64,000 nucleotides of DNA from a virus, in the IMG/VR virus record IMGVR_UViG_3300047558_000238, positions 43,310 through 107,309 of that record; one strand, 5' to 3'. Below, piece by piece: positions 26,981 to 38,512 of the stretch (position 1 is the stretch's first letter; each line of letters starts with the position of its first letter). The position numbers and the translations under genes were made by a program. The notes under the pieces were generated by a model. The model did not search any database. It saw only the letters and a program-made list of their open reading frames with translations, and was not told the origin of the DNA.

Positions 26981-27844
26981 CTACTCTTCTTTCTGAGGCT
27001 CTTCGTTCTCTGCATCTAGCTCTCGCTCATCGATCGAGCTCATGCCGAATCTTGGCGGGAAGAACGGGAAGAACGGGAAGAACGGTGGGAAGAACGGGAA
27101 GAACGGTGGGAAGAACGGGAAGAACGGGAAGAACGGTGGGAAGAACGGGAAGAACGGTGGGAAGAACGGGAAGAACGGTGGGAAGAACGGGAAGTACGGG
27201 AAGTACGGGAAGTATGGCGGGAAGAACGGAGGCGTAGTATTCTGAGTAGAATACGCTGACCACAGCGATGTTCCATTAATATTTACTGCTCTAACTCGGT
27301 ACTGCTGTGAAGTAGCAGCTTCCTGAGCTACGTTGGCTGCCGTACTTACGGTGTTGCCAGACTTAGCATCAGTACTCTCCCAGTAGTAGAGAGTTATGTT
27401 GCTGCCACCGTTATTTGGGGCGGTCCAAGAGACATAGTCTGTTTGGTCATTAGAGAAGTTTTGAACTACTGGAGCAGCAGGGGCATCCGGGACAGTTGTA
27501 ATCGTTACCGCAGCAGACTCGGTAGAGAAAGCAGAAGCACCACTTGCATTTGAGGCAGATACTGTAAAAGTATATGACCCGTTGGAGTCTAGACCGCCTA
27601 CGGTTATCGGTGATGCTGTTCCAGTTGTCCCGGTTGCAGTAGTATCTTCTATGCCAGATTTGTATGCTTTTACAGTATATGAAGTTGCTGGTGGCGACCC
27701 GGCTGGTAGGGTAAACGATACAGACGCAGCGCCGTCGTTGTATGCTCTGTCGGTTGCAACGTTAGTTGCAGACACATTTGTAGGAACAGAAGGCTGTAAA
27801 AAATCATTCTGTTGCTGAGAGTGTCTACCTGCTCTTTTTGACAT
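26981..27844 (-). CDS. Two FN3 domains plus 62-aa Pro/Phe/Tyr repeat and acidic tail
   Basis: PSVPTNVSA...YTFTVSASN.SG and W.AP..GGS.IT.Y...YRVRAVN.NG.S.WS FN3 patterns, then P(P)FF units. Confidence 0.85.
   Translation of the reverse strand: MSKRAGRHSQQQNDFLQPSVPTNVSATNVATDRAYNDGAASVSFTLPAGSPPATSYTVKAYKSGIEDTTATGTTGTASPITVGGLDSNGSYTFTVSASNASGASAFSTESAAVTITTVPDAPAAPVVQNFSNDQTDYVSWTAPNNGGSNITLYYWESTDAKSGNTVSTAANVAQEAATSQQYRVRAVNINGTSLWSAYSTQNTTPPFFPPYFPYFPYFPFFPPFFPFFPPFFPFFPPFFPFFPFFPPFFPFFPPFFPFFPFFPPRFGMSSIDERELDAENEEPQKEE
27047..27232 (-). repeat. Coding minisatellite of CCGTTCTTC / CCACCGTTCTTC units (18 P(P)xF units)
   Basis: Read directly; nearly invariant codons. Confidence 0.95.
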
Positions 27845-27862
27845 AAAATCTAGTTCTCCCTA

Positions 27863-30484
27863 CTAGGCGGACAGGTCTCCATAGACTAACCAAGTATTTG
27901 CTGCACGCTTTAATAGTGTAGCAGATGACCACTGAGTTCTTAGCTTAAGCCCTGGAGTTGCATTTACTGTTACTCCTCCAGCTCCAGCAATAGTTACCTG
28001 TCCAGCTCCAGTCTGGATGATATCTAACGTGGTACCTACGGGGTAGTTTATGGTTGCATCTGTTGGAATTGTTAGAGTTGTAGCCGATGCGCTTCCAATC
28101 TCAACGATAGTGTCTCGCTCATCTAGGCTTGCTAGCGTGTATGATGCGGTCTTCTGAGAGATCGTCGTAATAGATGGCACTCCGACCTTTGTCTGAGTCC
28201 CGTCTGAGAACGCTACTCCACTAGAAGATACTGTAACTAGTCCAGTAAACGTAGGAGCTGCTATCGGCGCGTACGTACTTGCAGCGGTAGAGGTTCCAAG
28301 CTTGGCGTCTAGCTGGCTCTGAATCCCTGATGTTACTCCATCTAGGTACTGTAGTTCTGTATTAGATACGTTTCCGATTACTGCAGACGACGCCTCGAAT
28401 GCTCCGACGGCAAGTGCATCTAGCGATCCCTGAGTGAAGTTGATAGTAGTAGTAGGCTCGTCGGTTACACCTTTAAATAGCTTCCATTTAGCGTCCGATG
28501 AGTCTCTAACAAGTCCGGCATGCTGGTAAGTTCCGTCATTAAAGCTAGCAACCATACCAAGGTCTGATGAGTTAGCATTATTGCCTTCACCAATATAGAT
28601 TAGCGGGTCAGTAATGGCTAAGTCAGTTGCATTTACTGTCGTAGTAGTTCCGTTGACGGTGAAGTCTCCTGAAATTACTAGGTTACCGCCAATGTATGCG
28701 CTATCTCCTGTGCCTAGTCCACCAGCAATTACCAAAGCTCCGGTAGTTGTGCTAGTAGATGGTGTCGTAGCTGAGATAGCAACATTTCCTGTGAAGGTGT
28801 CTCCAGAGAGATCTGCTTTTCCATCTAGCTGAGTCTGGATAGCTGAAGTAACGCCATCTAGATAGCCAACCTCGGTAGCACTTACGGTGCCGATAGATGT
28901 TGTAGAAGGTAGCGTAACTGTTCCAGTGAAAGTTGGTCCAGCTAGGTCAGCCTTTAGGTCTAAAGCGCTCTGAGTTGCAGTTGATATTGGCTTACTAGCG
29001 TCAGAAGTATTGTCTACATCTCCTAAACCAACCATGGCCTTAGTTATGCCAGAAACTATCCCGGTAAAGGTTGGGTTGGCGATTGGTGCCTTAGAGTCTA
29101 TCTGAGATTGAATAGCTGAAGTAACGCCAGAGAGCTGGTTGATTTCTGAGGCTAGAACGGTCACACCATCTAGGGTGTTTAGCTCTGCAGTGCTTACAGT
29201 TGCTCCAGTAAGAATGTTAAGTTCTGCGGTGCTAGCTGTAATTCCAGTAAGAACATTAATCTGGGCGCTAGTTGCTGTCACTCCTGTAAGGATATTTAGC
29301 TCTGCAGTACTTGATGTCATACCGTGCAGAATGTTCAACTCTGTGGTAGTTGCCGTAATTCCAGTTAGCGTATTTATCTCTGCCGTAGTGGCTGTAACTC
29401 CATCAAGAAGGTTTAGCTCTGCGGTGCTAGCAGTAATCCCGGTAAGAGTATTTAGCTGTGCAGTAGTTGCTGTGATTCCAGTCAGAACATTCAGCTCTGC
29501 AGTGCTTGAAGTGATACCATCCAGGATCGCTAACTCCACTGGAGAGATAGTGCCGATAGTAGTATCAGCCGGAAGTACTACAGTACCTGTGAAAGTTGGG
29601 CTAGTCAGGTATGCAAGATTTCCAGTGTCCGAGATTCCGTGAACATTCGAGATTTGGCTGTTGTGCACAGTGATTGCATTAGATACGTCGACTTGATACG
29701 CCAAGTTGGCTGCATTAGAGATTCCGTGCACATCTGTTGTGCGGTTGTGAACTATGATTTCATCGTCCACGTAGCCCTTAGTGGCCGCATGCAGAGGGTT
29801 TACGGGGGCACTAGGGAGTGTTAGTGCTCCAGTCATGGTGTCACCAGACTTTGACACCTTAGTACCGATTGAGTTCGTTATCGTAGTAGCAAAATTAGCA
29901 TCATCATTTATTGCAGCAGATAGCTCATTGAGTGTGTCAAGCAGAGCTGGTGAGCCATCGATAACTGCACTAACTGCAGTATCTACATACCCCTTAGTTG
30001 CTGCATCAGTCGAACTTGCTGGTGCTGCTAACCCTGTAACTGTGTAGTTATTAGCGTCTAGGTTGGAGCCTAAAGAGGTGAAAGGTCCGATAACCTTATT
30101 TCTAATAGTCTGATAGTCAGTTGTACCGACCACATCACCAGCAACGCCGTGAACATCGTGAGTTGCCGATGCGTGAGTGCTTAGGTTAGTTGCTACGGTT
30201 GTGAAAAATGCTGGATCATCGCCAAGAGCCGCTGCTAGCTCATTTAGGGTATCCAATGTCGATGGAGCTAGATCAATGATGCCATTGACAGCAGTGTCAA
30301 TCATCCCCTGAACTGTTGCTGGAGATGCTGTAGCGTAGGCCAAAGCACTCCAAGTACTAGTGCCATCACCAAACTTAATGCTCAGTGTATCGGTCTCTAG
30401 CCCAACCTCGCCGCTGGAGAGTACTGGATTAAACGATGACCAGTTAGCTGCTGTGTCGTGTCTGAGGATGATTTTAACTGCCAT
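27863..30484 (-). CDS. Fibre protein with Mtd/hyaluronidase-type N-terminal domain, 13-aa repeats and C-terminal adaptor domain
   Basis: LRHDTAANW...NPVL..GE.GLETDT...KFGDG; DAATKGYVD motifs; about 11 TAELN.L.G.T repeats. Confidence 0.85.
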   Translation of the reverse strand: MAVKIILRHDTAANWSSFNPVLSSGEVGLETDTLSIKFGDGTSTWSALAYATASPATVQGMIDTAVNGIIDLAPSTLDTLNELAAALGDDPAFFTTVATNLSTHASATHDVHGVAGDVVGTTDYQTIRNKVIGPFTSLGSNLDANNYTVTGLAAPASSTDAATKGYVDTAVSAVIDGSPALLDTLNELSAAINDDANFATTITNSIGTKVSKSGDTMTGALTLPSAPVNPLHAATKGYVDDEIIVHNRTTDVHGISNAANLAYQVDVSNAITVHNSQISNVHGISDTGNLAYLTSPTFTGTVVLPADTTIGTISPVELAILDGITSSTAELNVLTGITATTAQLNTLTGITASTAELNLLDGVTATTAEINTLTGITATTTELNILHGMTSSTAELNILTGVTATSAQINVLTGITASTAELNILTGATVSTAELNTLDGVTVLASEINQLSGVTSAIQSQIDSKAPIANPTFTGIVSGITKAMVGLGDVDNTSDASKPISTATQSALDLKADLAGPTFTGTVTLPSTTSIGTVSATEVGYLDGVTSAIQTQLDGKADLSGDTFTGNVAISATTPSTSTTTGALVIAGGLGTGDSAYIGGNLVISGDFTVNGTTTTVNATDLAITDPLIYIGEGNNANSSDLGMVASFNDGTYQHAGLVRDSSDAKWKLFKGVTDEPTTTINFTQGSLDALAVGAFEASSAVIGNVSNTELQYLDGVTSGIQSQLDAKLGTSTAASTYAPIAAPTFTGLVTVSSSGVAFSDGTQTKVGVPSITTISQKTASYTLASLDERDTIVEIGSASATTLTIPTDATINYPVGTTLDIIQTGAGQVTIAGAGGVTVNATPGLKLRTQWSSATLLKRAANTWLVYGDLSA

Positions 30485-30486
30485 GA

Positions 30487-30831
30487 TTATCCGTTCGCGC
30501 CTCCACCATTTACGGTGACTAGGTAAGTAGAGCCAGCTGTTCCGCCGTCTAGTACGTCATAGTTTGTTCCAGTCAGCACATTTGTGTCGACATTTACCCA
30601 CTTTGATGCGGTTGAGTTGTAGATCAGTACTTGATTATTGGCAAGATTAGTTAGCTCCACATCTGAAAGGCCAGAAATGGCGCTAACTGAGCTGCCTGTT
30701 AGCCAAGACACGCCATTATGAGCGTAGATCTTTGACTCGTCTGTCTTATAGAACAAATCTCCAGCAGAACCTGCCGAAGGGAGGGTATTGCCCTTCGGTA
30801 GGTTTACTGGCGTTAAAAACTTCTTAGACAT
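30487..30831 (-). CDS. Small virion/fibre-associated protein
   Basis: LSDV......NQVL.YN....KWVN motif, also present in the collagen fibre. Confidence 0.65.
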   Translation of the reverse strand: MSKKFLTPVNLPKGNTLPSAGSAGDLFYKTDESKIYAHNGVSWLTGSSVSAISGLSDVELTNLANNQVLIYNSTASKWVNVDTNVLTGTNYDVLDGGTAGSTYLVTVNGGGANG

Positions 30832-30851
30832 GTTCTATACCCTTAGTCTGA

Positions 30852-32792
30852 TTAGCCGATTACAACTACTTGGTAGCTGTCCGAAGCTATAGTTGCAGAA
30901 GCTACCCATGACAATGTTACTTCATTGGTGTTAGTTCTAACAACATCTACTTCAACCTGTTCAAAGGTGTCTAGAGCGTAGACCTGAACAACAACTGTAC
31001 GGATTCCTAGGTTGTGAGCCACTGTCCAAGTAACTGAACCGCTAACTGGTGCCAGCTCAGGGTTGGCTGCGGTGTACTTAGTTGTTGCACCAAGATTTGC
31101 GCGGGCTCCTGCAGCAGTCTCTGCTCCAGTACCACCAGCTGTAACAGCAATGGTGGTTGCGTCCCAAGTACCTGTTGTAATGGTACCGAGGGTGGTGATA
31201 GAGGTTTGACCTGCGTATGTCGAAGCAATATCGATGCTGTCAGCATTTACAGTAACTCGATCTGCGGTTCCAACTACATCTAGAGTATTACCAGTTTTAG
31301 TAAGACCAGCTCCAGCAGTAATCTGAGCAGCACCAGAGAACTGTACCCAGTCCTGGTTTGTGAAGTCAGTTAGGTAGTGGTTAGCCTGAGTCCAAGCAGA
31401 CTGCCCGTATACGGTGCCTTCCTGGATAAATACAGTTGCATTTACTAGTTCTGTATAGACATCTGCATCAGTTGCGCGAGACAAGGTGTATGTGGTGCCA
31501 TTGTCAGCATAGACATAGATACCATTCTCCGAGTCAGTTGACTGGCCAGCTAGCAAAATTCGGTAGCCAACGTGTGAAGTACCTAAAGCTGCATGGCTGT
31601 CGATAACTAGAGTGCTAGTGTCACCAGTCAGTGCAACATTGCTCACTGCAAGAAGGTTTACAGATGCCTTCCAGGTTAGACCTGCAACTGCGTTGTCTAC
31701 ATACGCCTTGTTGGCTGCATCACCTGGGTTAACAGGAGTTGCAACGCTAGTGATCTTGTAGCCGTCAGCATCTAGGTCTGCACCCAGTGAAGTTCCAGTA
31801 CTTAGAACCTTGTTAGTTAGGGTCTGGGCCTCGGTAGTGCCGACAATCTCGCCGACACCGTGGGTGGATATGTCTGAAGCGTGAGTTGATAGTTCAGTAT
31901 CTACATAACCCTTAGTTGCAGCGTCGCTAGCGTTTACGGGGGTGCCTAGGTCGGTTACAGTGTTTCCGTTAGCATCAACGGTAGCGCTAAGAACTGTTCC
32001 GGAACCTAGAGTCTTATTGGTCAGGCTCTGAGCATCAGTATCGCCAACTACATTTCCAACAACTCCGTGAACTCCAGAAGTTGCATTATTGTGGGTAGTT
32101 ACAGCTATAGATGCAGCATCAGTTGCATAAGTCTTTGAAGCAACTGGGCTAGTCTCTCCAGTAAGAACTCTTAGCTGGCTGCTAGAACCAGAAGTGTCAA
32201 TAGATGTTCCATCTACCTTCACCTCTACGTATCCGTTTACACCATTTACTCCAACAGCACCGTAAGTAGATGAGTATTTAAGGCTTACGGCTCCGGTAGT
32301 GTCGTTGTATGCCAGACCCTCGCCTAGCGCGTTACCAACTGCATCCTGAGCACGCTCATCGGTGAAGTAGAGGTTAGTCGTGCCTTCAGCAAGGTCATCA
32401 GTCGTGGAATCTGCTACACCGTTTTCAGCCTCGAAGGTGAACTTATTGTTAGCATCATCATAAGTAATCGTGATGTTGCTGTGGGTGCCAGCAGCAATGG
32501 CAGCTGCAACGGCATCCTGAGCACGCTCGTCAGTAAAGTATAGATTGCTGCCTTCTTCGATATCTGAAGTAGTCAGTAGGTCAATAGCAGCTTGGATAGC
32601 CTGCTCTACGCTTCCACCCTGAGCTAAGGTTAGCCAGGCAGATCCGTTGTAGTAGCGAAGAGTATTGTCGCTGGTGTTGTAGTAAATCTGACCAGCAACC
32701 GGTGCTGTTGGTGGGACACTTAGATTCTGAATTCTTGCATTTAAAAGCTCATTCTTGTTTAGATTGAGCCCTGTTAGATACTGGCGAGCCAT
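30852..32792 (-). CDS. Fibre/virion structural protein
   Basis: Two EG.NLYFTDERAQDAV repeats, DAA.K.YVD motifs, terminal HNLG domain. Confidence 0.75.
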   Translation of the reverse strand: MARQYLTGLNLNKNELLNARIQNLSVPPTAPVAGQIYYNTSDNTLRYYNGSAWLTLAQGGSVEQAIQAAIDLLTTSDIEEGSNLYFTDERAQDAVAAAIAAGTHSNITITYDDANNKFTFEAENGVADSTTDDLAEGTTNLYFTDERAQDAVGNALGEGLAYNDTTGAVSLKYSSTYGAVGVNGVNGYVEVKVDGTSIDTSGSSSQLRVLTGETSPVASKTYATDAASIAVTTHNNATSGVHGVVGNVVGDTDAQSLTNKTLGSGTVLSATVDANGNTVTDLGTPVNASDAATKGYVDTELSTHASDISTHGVGEIVGTTEAQTLTNKVLSTGTSLGADLDADGYKITSVATPVNPGDAANKAYVDNAVAGLTWKASVNLLAVSNVALTGDTSTLVIDSHAALGTSHVGYRILLAGQSTDSENGIYVYADNGTTYTLSRATDADVYTELVNATVFIQEGTVYGQSAWTQANHYLTDFTNQDWVQFSGAAQITAGAGLTKTGNTLDVVGTADRVTVNADSIDIASTYAGQTSITTLGTITTGTWDATTIAVTAGGTGAETAAGARANLGATTKYTAANPELAPVSGSVTWTVAHNLGIRTVVVQVYALDTFEQVEVDVVRTNTNEVTLSWVASATIASDSYQVVVIG

Positions 32793-32801
32793 TATTATTC
32801 C

Positions 32802-33119
32802 TTAGGAGAGATGAGCTTTTCCAGAAATTGCTGAGGAAAAGGTTAGGGTTACGGTTGTTTCATTGGTATGCGTCACTGTGCCTTCTACCTGAGACCCGCC
32901 ACTATCAAAAACGGTCACATTAGGGAAGAAATTTAGGTTATGAACGATAGTCCACGTATCTAGTGGCGTAGTTTGCAGGTGGGTGTAGGACACTAGGGGG
33001 ACAATAGCGTCCGCTTGAACACCGTCTACACCGCCAGGACCCTGAGGGCCAGGAGCCGTGACTACAATCTGGCGAACGTACTTGCCCGTGGTAATGCTGC
33101 TTGGAACATCTCCAGCCAT
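32802..33119 (-). CDS. Virion structural protein
   Basis: GPQGPGG, W.I.HNL...P.VTV.D. Confidence 0.65.
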   Translation of the reverse strand: MAGDVPSSITTGKYVRQIVVTAPGPQGPGGVDGVQADAIVPLVSYTHLQTTPLDTWTIVHNLNFFPNVTVFDSGGSQVEGTVTHTNETTVTLTFSSAISGKAHLS

Positions 33120-33478
33120 TATCGCGTTACCTCCGCTCTTACTACAAAGTTGCCATTTAAAAGTTTGTAGACATAGATGTCTGCACTAGGGCCAACAAGC
33201 TCTAAGTCATAAACGTATCTATCCTCAGGGATGGCGGACATAACGTCATCTGGAATGTTCAAAACTATTTGACCATTAGTTGCGCCCAAAGTTATGCGAC
33301 CATTTTCAGTTGTTAGCTCTAAAATTAGATCAAAAGTTTTAGGATTTCTGACCTTCATTCTTGCTGTATACCCCTCCAAAAGAATTGGTTTCTTCGCAGG
33401 GTCTCGCCACAAAATGGTGCGTGAAAAAGTGGAGCCTTGGTCGGCTACGATATTATAAAGACCAGCGGGAGCACTCAT
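33119..33478 (-). CDS. Ig-like virion/baseplate-type protein, paralog of 19314-19673
   Basis: YNIVADQGSTF.R...YDLEL...GNFVVRAEVT. Confidence 0.7.
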   Translation of the reverse strand: MSAPAGLYNIVADQGSTFSRTILWRDPAKKPILLEGYTARMKVRNPKTFDLILELTTENGRITLGATNGQIVLNIPDDVMSAIPEDRYVYDLELVGPSADIYVYKLLNGNFVVRAEVTR

Positions 33479-33602
33479 CAGACTCTTTCAGCGAGGATAC
33501 AGTCAACTATTATTTTACACTAGTTTTGTATTCGGGAGAAGTGGGTGTATTCTATATATTTAGGGCTAAATACGCAGTCGCAGCCTAGATATCGAGGTCA
33601 CT

Positions 33603-33830
33603 ATGAGTGAGATGAGCACTTTAGAGCAGATTCAGCTAGATCCGGTCATCGGTGAGCCAAAATTTGCTCACTACGCTGAAGCAGTGTCTACTACTCAAGG
33701 GTATGTGCTGGGAACCCCCGTCGAAGCTCTATGCGGTAAAGTTTTTGTTCCTTCTAGGGACCCTAAAAAGTTTCCGGTTTGCCCGATTTGCAAAGAGATA
33801 GCAGAAGCGGTATTCTTAGATTTAGAGTAA
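33603..33830 (+). CDS. DUF3039 family protein
   Basis: FAHY...G.PV.ALCGKV.VPSRDP.KFPVCP.CKEI. Confidence 0.85.
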   Translation: MSEMSTLEQIQLDPVIGEPKFAHYAEAVSTTQGYVLGTPVEALCGKVFVPSRDPKKFPVCPICKEIAEAVFLDLE

Positions 33831-33943
33831 AAATCAGCGATTGATTTTTGTTTTATACTAGTTATCCAACCCATCCTGACGTTGGCCAAGTGGCTAGAAA
33901 AACGTCAGGATTTTGCGTCTCTTACCTCGAAAGGTACCTTCAA

Positions 33944-34168
33944 ATGGTTACTGTGTACACCTTGCCGTCATGCGTCCAGTGCGAGAGCACTAAGAAGTAT
34001 TTAGCAAGACTTGATGTACCGTTCGAGACCATTGATTTGAGCGAAGACGCTGAGGCTATGGACATGATTAAGGGCTTGGGCTATCAGGCTGCACCTGTTG
34101 TTGTAGCTGGTGATTCTCACTGGAGTGGTTTCCGTCCAGACAAGCTAAGCAGCCTAGCTGGCAACTAG
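33944..34168 (+). CDS. nrdH: Glutaredoxin-like NrdH
   Basis: CVQC active site, GYQAAPVV, WSGFRPDK. Confidence 0.92.
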   Translation: MVTVYTLPSCVQCESTKKYLARLDVPFETIDLSEDAEAMDMIKGLGYQAAPVVVAGDSHWSGFRPDKLSSLAGN

Positions 34169-34569
34169 TAGGCGAGTCGTGTGTACGACCTTGTCTACTT
34201 TTCAAATGTATCTAACAACACAAAAAAGTTTGTAGATAAGCTCGGTCTTAATACACTACGACTTCCTATCCGTTGGGACGAGAGCTCTCCAGTAGTAGTC
34301 AGCAGTGACTTTGTTTTAGTTGTTCCGTCATATGGCGGTGGCGCTGAGAGCCGAACTGTTCCAAAATCTGTAATTAAATTTCTCAATATCGAGACTAATA
34401 GGCAGCACCTTCGTGGAGTTGTGGGTACCGGAAATACTAATTTTGGTGTACACTACTGTAAAGCCGCGGAGATCGTTGCAGCAAAACTAGGCGTGCCTTT
34501 GCTGTATCGAGTAGAAATAACCGGCACACCTGATGATGTAGAACAAGTAAAAGAGAGGTTAGAGCTACT

Positions 34570-37652
<3,083 letters not shown>

Positions 37653-37660
37653 TTCCTAAA

Positions 37661-37690
37661 AGAAAGCCCCTCCTTCGGGAGGGGTTTTCT
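37661..37690 (+). terminator. Intrinsic terminator of the nrd operon
   Basis: AGCCCCTCC-TTCG-GGAGGGGTT followed by a T-run. Confidence 0.85.
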
Positions 37691-37708
37691 ATTTGGTAAA
37701 CTTTTCTT

Positions 37709-38512
37709 ATGACTATTGCTCATGTATTTTGGCACGGTGAGTTGACTCGCTATGAGCTAATATCTCTGCAGTCGATAGTTAATCAAGGTTTTGACGTGTG
37801 GTTCTGGTCTTTATCGGACTATGACCTACCTAAATTAGTACGTCATATGGATGCATCTTTGGTGGTCCCAGCAGAATTAGTTACCGCTTACAGACACGAG
37901 CACTGGAATAAAGAGTGGGGAGCAGCAACCGAGCTTACCAGTATCACTCTATATAGTGACATTCTTAGATACAAACTTTTAGAGCTTTACGGCGGGTGGT
38001 GGTTTGATTTAGATACTATCTGCCTGAAGAGTGCATCTAAGTTTGATGAGCTGTCCTCTGGTCTTGATATTTGTATTGGGTGGCAGAGCCCTGCTCCTGG
38101 AGAACTTAGCTGTAACAACGCTGTGCTATCTATCCCGAATAAGTCAATTGCCTATGAAGTAAACGAGATTGTAGCTCAATTGCTCGAAACTAAAACTACA
38201 TTCTCATGGGGCGAGATTGGTCCAGACCTTTGGTCTAAGTATTTAGAGGAAGCTAGACTACTAGACCAGGTTCTGCCTAGAACTGTTTTCTATCCGAATT
38301 CTACTGAACCTAATGTTCAAAATATTTGGAAACGCTTGTCTAAGCTCTCAGCCGGTGAGGTGGAAGATTTAGAAGCCGAGACAGCGGACTCGTATGTACT
38401 GCATTGGTCAAATAACAATCTTTTACCTAGCGACAAAAAGAGTTTTCTACCTTCAGAAGACTCTTTTCTAGGTAGATTATTTAACTCTGTTACTCGTCAA
38501 GTAGTCGAGTAA
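37709..38512 (+). CDS. GT32-like glycosyltransferase (DxD sugar-binding)
   Basis: H.FW.G, SDILRY.LL..YGGWWFDLD, WGEIGP. Confidence 0.8.
   Translation: MTIAHVFWHGELTRYELISLQSIVNQGFDVWFWSLSDYDLPKLVRHMDASLVVPAELVTAYRHEHWNKEWGAATELTSITLYSDILRYKLLELYGGWWFDLDTICLKSASKFDELSSGLDICIGWQSPAPGELSCNNAVLSIPNKSIAYEVNEIVAQLLETKTTFSWGEIGPDLWSKYLEEARLLDQVLPRTVFYPNSTEPNVQNIWKRLSKLSAGEVEDLEAETADSYVLHWSNNNLLPSDKKSFLPSEDSFLGRLFNSVTRQVVE

Noticed and set aside
27027-27276. Alternative-frame ORFs over the repeat (GKNGKNGG, PVLPTVL, SSRSSHR) and a CRISPR-like appearance
   Set aside because: These are shadows of the minisatellite. There are no unique spacers or cas genes, and the P/F frame is continuous with the FN3 gene.
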